Shown: positions 1 through 10,613 of the stretch, piece after piece | Numbering within the stretch: position 1 is the first letter of the stretch | How the letters are laid out: each line of letters opens with the position of its first letter | NCBI GenBank assembly: GCA_965116495.1 | Contig: OZ220696.1 | Location: forward strand, 3,776,001-3,840,000 | Direction: 5' to 3' | Length of the DNA stretch: 64,000 nucleotides | Source of the DNA: Gammaproteobacteria bacterium | Lineage (GTDB): Bacteria; Pseudomonadota; Gammaproteobacteria; Eutrophobiales; Eutrophobiaceae | Made by a program: the position numbers and the translations under genes | Notes under the pieces: model-generated | What the model was told of the DNA's origin: nothing | Database searches by the model: none | The model's input: only the letters and a program-made list of their open reading frames with translations

Positions 1-800
1 GGCTTTATATCGGGAGCTGCCAGCAGCAACACTTCCAGGCAAACAACCAGCAGGAGCAGAAAATATCCAGGCTGTTTGATGCCGTAAATGATGCATAACA
101 CGGTCGATAATGCCAGGAACGCGTAGAAATCCGAGCGGCTGATCAGCATGAACAGGACAAAGACACCGCTGAGCATCAACACAGCCCTGGCGCGCAATGA
201 ACTAAAAACCGCCAGCAGCACCAGCAGTGTAAACAGGACGCTACGGGCGAATCCCTGGTAGGTGGATACATCCGTAGTATTCCCGTAAAGTCGCCGCGCA
301 TTGTACATGTTGGCATCAGTGTTGACGTAGAAATAAAGGAGGCAAACCAGGATGAAGGCGAAACTGATGCAAAGCGACCAGCGTAGGAGTCCGGATTCAA
401 TGGGCAGCAACAGTCCTATCAGAAACAGGGAGGACCAGAAGATAACCGTCTCCAGAGATTGTACTGCGGCTATTGAAACATGATCACCATCGAGAATCAG
501 GTAGTGTGCCAGAGTCCATGCCGTGGTATAGAACAGAAATGCCAGCACCCACAGAACGTAACGGTTCCCGGTAATTTTTTTCAGCCAGCCGGTGTTCCAG
601 GGCAGCAGGGCCAGGAGGGCCAGCAGCGCACCCAGGGAAACATAGCCGAACAGCCCCGCGGCAAATGGCGGGATGAGTCCCATGGCTACGGACTGGTGAT
701 AGAACAGGTACCCCGGAAACAGCAGGAAGAAACTGACGCCCGCGACAGTACGGGAGAGTTTCAATCCCCGGTCGGAACTATTCGGGCAGTCTGCTAACAT
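1..800 (-). CDS. Polytopic membrane protein, O-antigen polymerase/ligase (Wzy/WaaL)-like; 3' end runs off the window
   Basis: Manual translation from ATG at 800 (MLADCPNSSDRGLKLSRTVAGVSFFLLFPGYLF...) stays open to position 1 with many hydrophobic helices and ...STYQGFARS...LFMLISRSDF, resembling Wzy_C-type motifs. Divergent from a glycan cluster. Not in the ORF track because it has no stop in the window. Confidence 0.6.
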   Translation of the reverse strand, partial: MLADCPNSSDRGLKLSRTVAGVSFFLLFPGYLFYHQSVAMGLIPPFAAGLFGYVSLGALLALLALLPWNTGWLKKITGNRYVLWVLAFLFYTTAWTLAHYLILDGDHVSIAAVQSLETVIFWSSLFLIGLLLPIESGLLRWSLCISFAFILVCLLYFYVNTDANMYNARRLYGNTTDVSTYQGFARSVLFTLLVLLAVFSSLRARAVLMLSGVFVLFMLISRSDFYAFLALSTVLCIIYGIKQPGYFLLLLVVCLEVLLLAAPDIK

Positions 801-892
801 GTTCTGATAGGATTCCGGTTCAAATGTTGACTCACGAACATTACGCTGCATCGGCAAATTACGGCAACGGCGTATTGATGCCATTATAAATT

Positions 893-2131
893 ATGTCTGG
901 CCGGACTGTCTGGATAATCAACCATTATGCCCAGTCGCCCGCGGGATCCGGCAGCACGCGCCATTATGACCTGGCGAAACACCTGCGCGACCTGGGTTGG
1001 AAAACCTGGATATTCGCGGCCAGCGTTGAGTTGAATACGCAGAAACAAAGGCTGGAAAAACATGAACATAGCAGGTCGGAAACCGTCGGGGGAGTCAATT
1101 TTCGCTGGTTGAAAACGCCCGGGCACCAGGGCAACGGCGTTGGACGCATGGTCAATATGCTTGCATTTTCCTGGCAGGTCTTGGTTGGAAAGTCGACCGC
1201 AGACCTGGATCGGCCGGACCTGGTGGTCGGTTCTACGGTCCACCCGTTGGCAGCCGCCTCCGGGGCGCTGCTGGCGCGGCGTTACCGGGTCCCTTTTATT
1301 TTCGAGGTGCGCGACATCTGGCCGGAAACTCTCATCGCGCTGGGTCGCACCCGCAGGCACAGCCCGTTCGCCGTATTGCTCGCAATGCTGGAGAGGTGGT
1401 TGTGTCGCCGGTCCTGCCGGGTCGTGTCGGTCCTGCCGGGGTATGGGAACTATGTCAGCGACCGTAACATCCCGACGCAAGAGGTGATCCACATACCCAA
1501 CGGCGTCAACCTGGATAATATCGGCGAACCTCGTGGTTACCGGAAACAGGGTACGTTCCGGATTACTTATCTCGGCGCTCACGGCACCGCCAATGACCTG
1601 CAGACCCTGGTCCGGGCCATGGAGATCATAGAATTGACGCACGGTCTTGCGACAATCGAATGCCACCTGATCGGCTCAGGCCCGATGAAGCAGGCGCTGG
1701 CGGATTACTGTGCCGAGAGAGGGATGAAACAGGTTGTTTTTCATCCTCCCGTCAACAAGAACGCCATCGCGGCGCTAGCATCGGGCACCCAGGCTTTTGT
1801 ATTATGCGGCAGAAAACTGCCGTCGCTGTACAAGTATGGAATCAGCATGAACAAGATTCCTGACTACATGGCGATGGGTCGTCCTGTTATTATTGCAATT
1901 GAATCCGTCAATAATCCGGTTATCGAGGCGGATGCCGGTATCTGTGTACCGCCGGAAGACCCTGAGGAACTGGCAGGTTCCATCATGAAGATGGCACAAA
2001 TGAGTGAGGCGGAACTGCGCGCCATGGGCTTGAGAGGGCGTCGATATGTTGAACAGGAACACGATATGAAGTTGCTGGCGAAACGGTTGGCCGACGGGAT
2101 GGAGCAGTGTCTGGTGAGAGATGCGGGTTGA
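893..2131 (+). CDS. Glycosyltransferase family 4 (WbuB-like)
   Basis: IWIINHYA N-terminus, FEVRDIWPE, IPNGV, K..DYMAMGRPVI GT4 motifs. Confidence 0.9.
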   Translation: MSGRTVWIINHYAQSPAGSGSTRHYDLAKHLRDLGWKTWIFAASVELNTQKQRLEKHEHSRSETVGGVNFRWLKTPGHQGNGVGRMVNMLAFSWQVLVGKSTADLDRPDLVVGSTVHPLAAASGALLARRYRVPFIFEVRDIWPETLIALGRTRRHSPFAVLLAMLERWLCRRSCRVVSVLPGYGNYVSDRNIPTQEVIHIPNGVNLDNIGEPRGYRKQGTFRITYLGAHGTANDLQTLVRAMEIIELTHGLATIECHLIGSGPMKQALADYCAERGMKQVVFHPPVNKNAIAALASGTQAFVLCGRKLPSLYKYGISMNKIPDYMAMGRPVIIAIESVNNPVIEADAGICVPPEDPEELAGSIMKMAQMSEAELRAMGLRGRRYVEQEHDMKLLAKRLADGMEQCLVRDAG

Positions 2132-2738
2132 CCTGTCCGATTGTGCAAAACGCCTGTTTGACCTGGTTTTCAGCCTGGTCCTGGTGATCCTGTTGTTGCC
2201 GTTGTTTGCCCTGCTGGCTGTCCTGGTTTATATCGACCTGGGCAGTCCCGTACTGTTTCGCCAGCGGCGGCCGGGATTGCAGGGGAAACCTTTCACCTTT
2301 TACAAGCTTCGCACCATGAACAACGGGACGAACGAGAACGGACGGTTAATGCCCGATGAAGACAGGCTTACCGGTTTCGGCAGGTTCCTGCGCGGGACCA
2401 GCGTGGATGAGTTGCCCCAACTGTTCAACGTGATCAGGGGTGATATGAGCCTTGTCGGGCCCCGCCCCCTGTTGATGGAATACCTCGATCTCTATACCGA
2501 TGAGCAAATGCGCCGCCACGAGGTCAGACCGGGGATCACCGGCTGGGCACAGGTCAATGGCCGTAACGCCATCACCTGGGAGGAAAAATTCAGTCTGGAT
2601 CTCTGGTACGTCGATAACCGCAGCCTGTTCCTGGATCTCAGGATCGTCCTGTTGACTGTAGTGAGAATTATAAGGAAAGAGGGCATCAGCCAGGCGGGGA
2701 TGGCGACTGCGGAGAAGTTCAAGGGCTCGATATCATGA
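2121..2738 (+). CDS. Undecaprenyl-phosphate sugar phosphotransferase (PglC-like bacterial sugar transferase)
   Basis: KRLFDL, F.Q.RPG, K.RTM, DELPQLFNV..GDMSLVGPRP, RPGITGWAQVNGRN. Confidence 0.92.
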   Translation: MRVDLSDCAKRLFDLVFSLVLVILLLPLFALLAVLVYIDLGSPVLFRQRRPGLQGKPFTFYKLRTMNNGTNENGRLMPDEDRLTGFGRFLRGTSVDELPQLFNVIRGDMSLVGPRPLLMEYLDLYTDEQMRRHEVRPGITGWAQVNGRNAITWEEKFSLDLWYVDNRSLFLDLRIVLLTVVRIIRKEGISQAGMATAEKFKGSIS

Positions 2739-3376
2739 GTACGTTACTGATTTTCGGCGCCGGCGGCCATGGCAAGGTGGTTGCGGACACTGCGAGAGCC
2801 ATTGGGAACTGGAATGAGATCATGTTTGCGGATGATGCTTATCCGCAAGCAACAACCGTTGACGGTTATCCGGTGGTTGCCGACTTCTCCGGCGCAAGAT
2901 CCATGGGGAGCTGCCGCGGGGACGTTATCGTTGCTATCGGCAATAACCGTAAACGCTCGGACCTGACCACACAGCTCAGGCAATCCGGGTTTAAACCGGT
3001 AACGTTGATACATCCTGCAGCGGTCGTAGCGCAATCGGCACACATTGAGACAGGCACAGTGATTTTTGCCCAGGCGGTCGTGCAGGCGGCTGCCCGGGTC
3101 GGCAGCGCCGTTATCGTCAACACAGCCGCTACCGTGGATCATGACTGCAGTATCGGCGACGGGGTGCACCTGTCCCCCGGCGTACACCTGGGGGGTGAAG
3201 TGGAGATAGGTGATTACAGTTGGCTGGGGGTCGGCGCGTTAGTCATCAACCGGACGGCTGTCGGCAGCGGTGTGACGGTGGGGGCCGGTTCCTGCGTGAT
3301 CGGCGATCTCTCCGACGGGGTCACTGTGGTGGGCGTACCCGCCCGTCCCATTCGACAGGATCAACCGGGCGACTGA
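2735..3376 (+). CDS. Sugar acetyltransferase, PglD/NeuD family (hexapeptide repeats)
   Basis: GAGGHGKVV, AIGNN..R, VDHDC, left-handed beta-helix repeats, VVGVPAR. Confidence 0.9.
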   Translation: MSTLLIFGAGGHGKVVADTARAIGNWNEIMFADDAYPQATTVDGYPVVADFSGARSMGSCRGDVIVAIGNNRKRSDLTTQLRQSGFKPVTLIHPAAVVAQSAHIETGTVIFAQAVVQAAARVGSAVIVNTAATVDHDCSIGDGVHLSPGVHLGGEVEIGDYSWLGVGALVINRTAVGSGVTVGAGSCVIGDLSDGVTVVGVPARPIRQDQPGD

Positions 3377-3388
3377 TACCCGGCCCCT

Positions 3389-4558
3389 GTGACCATGTTG
3401 CCTGATCTCCCTTCCTGGCCGGTATACAGCAAAGCTGAAAGAGCAGCCGTTGACCGGGTGCTGGAGCGGGGACTGGGAAATTACTGGTATGGCTCGGAAG
3501 GCAAGGCGTTTGAACGGGAATTTGCCTCGTATTGCGGTTTGGCCCATGGCCTGGTCGTTGCCAACGGTACTGTTGCACTGGAATTATGCCTGCGTGCGCT
3601 GGGTATCGGACCCGGCGATGAAGTGGTGACTACCCCCCGATCATTCATCGCCACGGCCAACAGTATCGTGTTGTGCGGCGCCAGACCGGTGTTTGCCGAC
3701 GTTGACCCGGACAGCCAGAATATCACATCGGAATCTGTCCGCGCCGTCATTACCGGCAACACGCGCGCGATATTGGCGGTACACCTGGCCGGCTGGCCGT
3801 GCGACATGGCCGGGTTGCGGCAACTGGCCAGGGACAATGGCCTGCACCTCATAGAGGATTGCGCCCAGGCCCACGGCGCTGCCATTGACGGGGTAAAAGT
3901 AGGCGCACTGGGACACGTTGCCGCATTTTCCTTCTGTCACGACAAGATTGTATCCACCGGTGGAGAAGGTGGTATGCTTGTTACCAATGATGAAGAACTC
4001 TGGGCAAAGGCAGCCGCCTTCAGAAATCATGGCCGTGACCCGAGAAGCATGCCGGAAGGCAATCATGAATACCCCTACCTGCATGGGACGGTCGGCAGTA
4101 ATTACCGGATGACGGAAATGCAGTCGGTAATCGGCAGGCATCATCTGGCCCGGCTGGACCTGTGGCTTGAAGAGAGAAGGCGCAACGCCATGCTGTTGAG
4201 GAATGCCCTGGCCGGTATGGATATCCTGCGCTTACCGGCGCCGGCCGGGAATATCAGACACGCGTATTACCGGTTTTATGCATTTTTAAACAGGGAAAAA
4301 CTGCGCCCGGACTGGGACAGGGCCAAGCTTGTCGAGGCCCTGCGCAATGCCGGTATCCCTTGCGATACCGGCATCTGCCCCGAGATTTACCGGGAACCGG
4401 CATACCAGGGCGCATTTCCCCAGGGATATCCGCGTTTGCCTCACGCCAGGGCGCTGGGAGAGACGGCCATTGCATTTCCGGTACATCCGGGCATTGGTGA
4501 TGAGTTGATGGCTGTCATGGCCGGGTCGATACGCGCAGTTCTGTCCGGGGTTTGTTAA
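3389..4558 (+). CDS. DegT/DnrJ/EryC1/StrS PLP-dependent sugar aminotransferase
   Basis: ANGTVAL, IEDCAQAHGA, FSF..DK...GGEGG, G.NYRM. Confidence 0.92.
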   Translation: MTMLPDLPSWPVYSKAERAAVDRVLERGLGNYWYGSEGKAFEREFASYCGLAHGLVVANGTVALELCLRALGIGPGDEVVTTPRSFIATANSIVLCGARPVFADVDPDSQNITSESVRAVITGNTRAILAVHLAGWPCDMAGLRQLARDNGLHLIEDCAQAHGAAIDGVKVGALGHVAAFSFCHDKIVSTGGEGGMLVTNDEELWAKAAAFRNHGRDPRSMPEGNHEYPYLHGTVGSNYRMTEMQSVIGRHHLARLDLWLEERRRNAMLLRNALAGMDILRLPAPAGNIRHAYYRFYAFLNREKLRPDWDRAKLVEALRNAGIPCDTGICPEIYREPAYQGAFPQGYPRLPHARALGETAIAFPVHPGIGDELMAVMAGSIRAVLSGVC

Positions 4559-4564
4559 GCCGTT

Positions 4565-6457
4565 ATGTTCAAAAATCTTGTTAACGGCCTGAAGAATACC
4601 CAACCTCTGCTGCGCCTGTACATCCGCGCGGGCGTATTTCTACACGATGTCCTGATGATCCCGGCAGCCTGGTACCTGGCCTACTGGTTGAGGTTCAACC
4701 TGGGGACCATTCCCGAGAACTCCCTGCAGGTTGCCACCCTCATGCTGCCGGTGGTCATCGTCTGCCAGTCATTCAGCTACGTTGTTTTCGGTTTGTATCG
4801 CGGTATCTGGCGCTTTGCCTCCCTGTATGACTTCATCCGTATAGGTAAATCGGTCTACGTTGGGGCGTTAATCGCAACCCTGGTGATATTCGCCGTTACC
4901 GGGATGGAGCAGGTGCCCAGGTCGGTAATACCCCTGTACATGTTACTGCTGTTTATTTTGCTGGGCGGCAACAGGGCGTTATACCGTTCCCTGAAAGACC
5001 AGCGCATGCGGGCGGGAGGCGGTAAACGGGTCCTGGTAATCGGCGCCGGCGAGTCGGCCCAGATGCTGGCGCGTGATATTTTGCAGCATGCCCGGGGTGA
5101 GTACCTGCCGGTCGGGATGATCGATGATAATCCCGACAAGCTGAACCGGGAAATACATGGGATAAAGGTGTTTGGCGGTTTTGAGGATATTCCGGACGTG
5201 GTGGGGAAACAGTCGGTAGACCTGATAATCATCGCGATTCCCTCTTTGTCCACTGCCAGGATGCAGAGACTGGTCGGCATCTGTGAAAGCACTGGCACGG
5301 AGTTTAAAACCCTGCCCAGACTTGAGGACCTGATCTCGGGACAGGTAAGCGTCAGTTCCATCCAGGAAGTCTCTATTGAGGACCTGCTGGGGAGGGAAAA
5401 GATCGAACTGGACCGCGACATGATGCAGGTCGGCCTGTCCGGCAAGGTTATTATGGTGACCGGCGCCGGCGGTTCCATCGGGACGGAGCTTTGCCGGCAG
5501 GTTGCCGGGTTTGCACCGGCTACCCTGGTGATTTTTGAGAGGAGTGAGTTCAACCTGTATTGCATACAGCAGGAACTGGAAAACAACTACCCGGAACTCA
5601 ACCAGGTCGCGGTACTGGGTGACGTGTGTGACCGGCAGGTTGTTGAGGCTATCCTGGGGCAATACCGACCGGAGCTGTTATTCCACGCGGCTGCGTACAA
5701 GCATGTGCCGCTGTTGCAGGCGCACCCTGCCCAGGCCGTCAAAAATAATATTACCGGCACCCGCATCGCTGCCGAGGCGGCAAGTAAATTCCACTGTGAC
5801 AAATTCGTGTTTATTTCCACCGACAAAGCGGTCAACCCGACCAGTATTCTCGGGGCGACCAAGCGTGCAGGTGAGATCTACTGCGAGGGCATGAATGCGG
5901 TTTCCGCGACGAGGTTTATCACGGTCAGGTTCGGCAACGTGCTGGGTTCGGACGGCAGCGTAGTCCCGTTGTTCAGGGAGCAGATCAGGAGCGGAGGCCC
6001 GTTGACGGTAACCCATCCTGATATGACCCGCTACTTCATGACCATAAGGGAAGCGTGCCAGTTGATCCTGCAAGCCAGTGTCGTGGAACAGGAAGGGGGG
6101 ATTTACGTACTGGACATGGGCGCACCCGTCAGTATCGACTACCTGGCTGAACAGATGATCCGGTTGTCCGGCAAAGTGCCGGGGGAGGATATCGAAGTTG
6201 AATACGTGGGCCTGCGGCCGGGGGAGAAACTGTATGAAGAACTGTTTTATGATGGTGAAGAAAAAGAAACAACCAGGAACAGCAAGGTATTCAGGGCAAA
6301 ACATGCCGCGGCCGACTGGCGCCTGGTCAAGCAGGTGGTTGACCGCCTGGAGCAGGCCCGGACAAACATGGACGATCACGAGATAAAACGAATCCTGGCC
6401 GAACTGGTTCCCCACTATAAGGATGAAGATGCGATTGGTATTGTCAAGGTTGCGTAG
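4565..6457 (+). CDS. Membrane-bound UDP-GlcNAc 4,6-dehydratase (PglF/CapD/WbpM family)
   Basis: Four N-terminal TM helices, GAGGSIG, HAAAYKHVP, STDKAVNPT, RFGNVLGS, GLRPGEKLYEEL. Confidence 0.93.
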   Translation: MFKNLVNGLKNTQPLLRLYIRAGVFLHDVLMIPAAWYLAYWLRFNLGTIPENSLQVATLMLPVVIVCQSFSYVVFGLYRGIWRFASLYDFIRIGKSVYVGALIATLVIFAVTGMEQVPRSVIPLYMLLLFILLGGNRALYRSLKDQRMRAGGGKRVLVIGAGESAQMLARDILQHARGEYLPVGMIDDNPDKLNREIHGIKVFGGFEDIPDVVGKQSVDLIIIAIPSLSTARMQRLVGICESTGTEFKTLPRLEDLISGQVSVSSIQEVSIEDLLGREKIELDRDMMQVGLSGKVIMVTGAGGSIGTELCRQVAGFAPATLVIFERSEFNLYCIQQELENNYPELNQVAVLGDVCDRQVVEAILGQYRPELLFHAAAYKHVPLLQAHPAQAVKNNITGTRIAAEAASKFHCDKFVFISTDKAVNPTSILGATKRAGEIYCEGMNAVSATRFITVRFGNVLGSDGSVVPLFREQIRSGGPLTVTHPDMTRYFMTIREACQLILQASVVEQEGGIYVLDMGAPVSIDYLAEQMIRLSGKVPGEDIEVEYVGLRPGEKLYEELFYDGEEKETTRNSKVFRAKHAAADWRLVKQVVDRLEQARTNMDDHEIKRILAELVPHYKDEDAIGIVKVA

Positions 6458-6477
6458 TCACCAGGATATTCCGGGTA

Positions 6478-7365
6478 ATGGCAGCTAAGATCACCAAGGC
6501 GGTTTTCCCGGTGGCGGGCCTGGGGACGCGTACTTTGCCGGCCACGAAAGTGCTGGCCAAGGAGATGTTGACCGTGGTGGACCGTCCCGTCATCCAGTAT
6601 GCCGTAGAGGAGGCGCTCAGCGCGGGAATCAGGGAACTGATATTTGTCACCGCAGAGGGAAAAGAGATCATCCGGGATCATTTCCAGTCCAACGTCAAAC
6701 TGGAGAGTGAACTGGAGCGGAGGGGCAAACTGGAATTACTCGAGGTAGTGAGGGATATTCCGCCCCATGGGACCGATTGTCACTACGTCATCCAGCCTGA
6801 GCCCCTGGGGCTGGGCCATGCCGTCCTGTGCGCCAGGCCCCTGGTGGGGGATGAACCGTTTGCCGTTATCCTGCCGGATGATTTGATCCATAGTCCCGGG
6901 CGCGGTTGTCTGCAACAGATGATGGATATGTACCTGGAGAAAAACGCCGGCGTAGTGGCAGTTGAAAACGTGGCGCGCGCACAGGTTTCCCGTTACGGGA
7001 TAGTCGAGACAGGCGTTGATGCCGGCGGTGACAAGATAATGAATTCGGTTGTGGAAAAACCCGCTCCGGAGGACGCGCCGTCCACACTGGCGGTGGTAGG
7101 TCGCTACATCTTTACGCCGGGCATCATGCCCGTGCTGGAAACCACGCCCAGGGGCGCGGGAAACGAGATACAGTTAACCGATGCGATTGCGGCGCTGCTG
7201 GGGAAAGAAGATGTATACCTGTGTGAATTTGAGGGAACCCGCTACGACTGCGGCTCAATCCCGGGACTGGCGCAAGCCAACGTCGAGTATGCGCTCAGGC
7301 ACGGGGTAATCGGCGCCGAGTTCGAAGCATACCTGGCGGACCTGGTAAAGAATAACGGGGTTTGA
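6478..7365 (+). CDS. galU: UTP--glucose-1-phosphate uridylyltransferase
   Basis: KAVFPVAGLGTR.LPATK, GLGHAVLCA, VEKP, GAGNEIQLTDA. Confidence 0.93.
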   Translation: MAAKITKAVFPVAGLGTRTLPATKVLAKEMLTVVDRPVIQYAVEEALSAGIRELIFVTAEGKEIIRDHFQSNVKLESELERRGKLELLEVVRDIPPHGTDCHYVIQPEPLGLGHAVLCARPLVGDEPFAVILPDDLIHSPGRGCLQQMMDMYLEKNAGVVAVENVARAQVSRYGIVETGVDAGGDKIMNSVVEKPAPEDAPSTLAVVGRYIFTPGIMPVLETTPRGAGNEIQLTDAIAALLGKEDVYLCEFEGTRYDCGSIPGLAQANVEYALRHGVIGAEFEAYLADLVKNNGV

Positions 7366-7389
7366 AACTATCCGGTTTTCGGAGTTGCC

Positions 7390-10300
7390 ATGAACATTAA
7401 TTACCAGAAACAATTCTTTATTGCGGCGATTCTGCTGGTTGGCATCAACCTGTCAATTCCCGGTACCGTTTACGCTGCTGACGATCAAATTGATTCGGAC
7501 GAATTGAGCGGTCTCAGCTACCGGTTGGTGGGCCCCATGCGCGGCGGGCGCGCTACCAGGGTCGCCGGGATCAGTGGTGATCCGGCAACCTATTATTTTG
7601 GTACTGCTGCCGGTGGTGTCTGGAAAACCACCGACGGCGGCGTTACCTGGTTTCCAATTTTTGACGACCAGCCGGTGAGCGCTATCGGTGACATTGCCCT
7701 TGCGCCGTCCAACCCTGACATTATTTATGTGGGCACCGGCGACGCCAAGTCACGGGGCAATGATTCTCACGGTAACGGTGTCTATAAATCCATTGATGCC
7801 GGTGCAACCTGGCAGCATATGGGACTGGCCGGGGTCAGACAGACAAGCCGCGTCATAGTCCACCCGGAAAATCCCGACGTCGTCCTGGTCGCCGCGCAAG
7901 GCGGGTATTACGGGCCCGGTAAGGAGCGCGGCGTGTTTCGCAGCCGGGACGGCGGCAAGACCTGGAAGAAAGTCCTTTACGTCGATGAACACACCGGTGC
8001 TTATGATGTCGATTTCGTGCCGGGAAGTCCTGACAAACTCTATGCAACAACGTGGCAAATGCTGCGTAACCCCTACAGCCTCGTCAGTGGTGGTCCGGGA
8101 AGCGGCCTGTTTTATTCTTCCGACAGCGGTGACACGTGGCAACGATTGACGGGAAACGGCTTGCCGGACGGCGTGCTGGGCAAAATCGGCGTGGCAATCT
8201 CACCGGCAGACCCCAGCCGTATATACGCGGTCATGGAAGCCGAACAAGGCGGGCTTTATCGCTCTGACGATAACGGCATTAACTGGAAATACATTAACCC
8301 AAGCCGCGCACTCTGGAGACGCGCCTGGTTTTTTATGGACATCGTTCCACATCCACTGGACCCGGACACAATTTTTGTCCTGAATATTCAACTCGAAAAA
8401 TCAGTCGATGCCGGCGCGTCGTTTACAACCATGAAAACCAATCATGTCGATCATCACGACTTATGGATGGACCCTGAAAACCCGCAACGCATGCTCAGTG
8501 GTAACGACGGCGGCGCCAATGTATCCGTCAATGGCGGACTCAGCTGGGCCCGTTCCGATGACAACCAGCCTACCGGACAATTTTACCGGGTAATTACCGA
8601 TGACCGTTTTCCCTATTTTATTTACGGCGGGCAACAGGACTGGGAGACAATCGCGATTGCCAGTCGCGGCAACTGGAATGGTATCGGTTACCGGGACTGG
8701 TATCCCGTAGGTGGTTGTGAAATGGGCTGGACCGCGCCTGACAGGAGAACAAGTAATTATGTGTATGCCGGCTGTACGGATGGTGGTATCAGCCGTTACG
8801 ACCGCAAAACCCAACGCAACCAGTCAGTAGGCCCATGGCCGCTGACCAATATCGGGCACGGCGCCAAGGATGCCAGGTTCCGTTTTCAATGGACCTCTCC
8901 GATACTTATCTCCCATCACGATCCAAGCGTAATGTACAGCGGCGCCAACGTGCTGTTGCAATCCGAAAACGATGGCATGAACTGGGAGGTAATCAGTGGT
9001 GACCTGACCCGTGATGACAAAACTAAACAACAGCCATCGGGCGGCCCGATCAGTAAGGATAATGTCGGCACGGAAGTATACGGAACCATCTATGCGCTGG
9101 CTGAATCGAGTCTGAAGAAAGGCCTGCTCTGGGTTGGTACGGACGATGGATTGGTCCACGTGACCGAAAATGGCGGCAGGCAATGGAACAATGTAACGCC
9201 TCCCGAAACACTCGTGCCCGAATGGAGCCGTATCAATTCAATCGAGGCATCCCGGCACGACCCTGCCGCAGCGTATCTTTCAATTCACCGCAGGGAGTGG
9301 AATGAATACCGTCCCTACGTATTGAAAACAACCAATTACGGCGCCGGTTGGGAATTGATCACAAATGGTTTGCCCGACGACACGATTGTGCGTGTGTTGC
9401 GCGAGGATTTGCAACGGGAAGGCTTGTTATTCCTCGGTACCGAGATGGGTATGTACTTCTCGCTGGATGGTGGTAACCAATGGCAAACCCTGCAGCTTAA
9501 CCTGCCGGTCGCTCCTGTTTATGATTTGACGATCAAGGATAATGACCTCGTTGTTGCAACCCACGGCAGAGCCTTCTGGGTGCTGGATGATATCTCGCCG
9601 CTGCGCACACTGACAGCGAAACTGGCTGCAAAACCGTCCCATATTTTTTCACCCGGCGCCACTGTCAGGATCCGGGATGATTTTTCAATTCCAGCTACAC
9701 CGGCAGGCCGGAATCCGCCGCCGGGCGCGGTGATTTACTACAATCTCGGAAAAATCCCAGAGGGTCCCGTGGAGATATCGATCATCGATAGCGCAGGTAA
9801 CACGGTGCAGTCCTTTTCGTCTTCACCCGCGGCCGGTGAATCGCTGGAAACTCACGCTGCGGTGGATATGGGCGCCTATTACGGCAGGTCGTCTCCTGTT
9901 TCTACAGAACCGGGACTGAACCGCTTTGTCTGGGATCTTCGTCACCGCGGCCCCACCGGGATAGCAGGCAGTGTGATCTTCTGGCATCCGCCGAAAACAC
10001 CTCCGGTTGGACCGTTGGCCTTGCCGGGTGAGTATGAAATCCGCATGGAAGTCGATGGCACTGTATCGGCTGCAGCGCTGACGATAACTGCTGATCCGCG
10101 TATCGCATTTCCGCTGGAGGAATTACGTGAACAATTTGATCTGCACGTCAAGGTGCGCGACACACTCTCTGAAATCAGTGAATCGGTACTGGGCATTCGA
10201 CGCGTTTACGATCAAATTGATCGCATTCATGCGAAATCCGAAAACAACAAGGAGGCCGCTAGCGCAAACATGGCGTTGAAAAAACTGCGGGACAATCTGA

Positions 10301-10581
10301 TGGCCGTGGAATACGCATTGACGGAACCTCGAATGCAAGGCGCATCGGATGCATTTCATTTTCCTGTCAGGCTGGACAACCAGTTAATCCTCCTCATCGG
10401 GACTATTGCCAATTCAGACAGGGCGCCGACCCGCCAGGCCTACGAAGTCTACGAAGTGCTTAAAGGCAGGGTAGGCGAACACCTGAAGATGTTGCAGAAA
10501 TATCTTGACAACGATGTTCCCGAGCTTAATAAAAAGTTGAGGCAGGCCGGTCTGGGGCCGATTAGCGTCGGTACACTTTAA
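7390..10581 (+). CDS. Secreted VPS10/sortilin-like beta-propeller protein with BNR (Asp-box) repeats, putative glycosyl hydrolase
   Basis: Signal peptide; GP.RGGR start; many S/T-x-D-x-G-x-T/S-W boxes; DHHDLW, RFQWTSP, ATHGRAFW. Confidence 0.8.
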   Translation: MNINYQKQFFIAAILLVGINLSIPGTVYAADDQIDSDELSGLSYRLVGPMRGGRATRVAGISGDPATYYFGTAAGGVWKTTDGGVTWFPIFDDQPVSAIGDIALAPSNPDIIYVGTGDAKSRGNDSHGNGVYKSIDAGATWQHMGLAGVRQTSRVIVHPENPDVVLVAAQGGYYGPGKERGVFRSRDGGKTWKKVLYVDEHTGAYDVDFVPGSPDKLYATTWQMLRNPYSLVSGGPGSGLFYSSDSGDTWQRLTGNGLPDGVLGKIGVAISPADPSRIYAVMEAEQGGLYRSDDNGINWKYINPSRALWRRAWFFMDIVPHPLDPDTIFVLNIQLEKSVDAGASFTTMKTNHVDHHDLWMDPENPQRMLSGNDGGANVSVNGGLSWARSDDNQPTGQFYRVITDDRFPYFIYGGQQDWETIAIASRGNWNGIGYRDWYPVGGCEMGWTAPDRRTSNYVYAGCTDGGISRYDRKTQRNQSVGPWPLTNIGHGAKDARFRFQWTSPILISHHDPSVMYSGANVLLQSENDGMNWEVISGDLTRDDKTKQQPSGGPISKDNVGTEVYGTIYALAESSLKKGLLWVGTDDGLVHVTENGGRQWNNVTPPETLVPEWSRINSIEASRHDPAAAYLSIHRREWNEYRPYVLKTTNYGAGWELITNGLPDDTIVRVLREDLQREGLLFLGTEMGMYFSLDGGNQWQTLQLNLPVAPVYDLTIKDNDLVVATHGRAFWVLDDISPLRTLTAKLAAKPSHIFSPGATVRIRDDFSIPATPAGRNPPPGAVIYYNLGKIPEGPVEISIIDSAGNTVQSFSSSPAAGESLETHAAVDMGAYYGRSSPVSTEPGLNRFVWDLRHRGPTGIAGSVIFWHPPKTPPVGPLALPGEYEIRMEVDGTVSAAALTITADPRIAFPLEELREQFDLHVKVRDTLSEISESVLGIRRVYDQIDRIHAKSENNKEAASANMALKKLRDNLMAVEYALTEPRMQGASDAFHFPVRLDNQLILLIGTIANSDRAPTRQAYEVYEVLKGRVGEHLKMLQKYLDNDVPELNKKLRQAGLGPISVGTL

Positions 10582-10598
10582 ATGGCTCCGAGGGACGG
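10580..10598. repeat. Degenerate direct repeat of the tRNA-Asn 3' end (candidate att site); overlaps a 9-bp-arm hairpin
   Basis: AAATGGCTCCgaGGGACGG matches AAATGGCTCCccGGGACGG at 13869-13887 (17/19) and lies 15 bp before an integrase fragment. Confidence 0.55.
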
Positions 10599-10613
10599 AG
10601 CCATCGATGACGC

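Noticed and set aside
884-1666. Long antisense ORFs (also 4855-5586, 34323-35126, 51841-52626, 61314-62114)
   Set aside because: Lie opposite well-supported genes in GC-rich DNA and have no motifs
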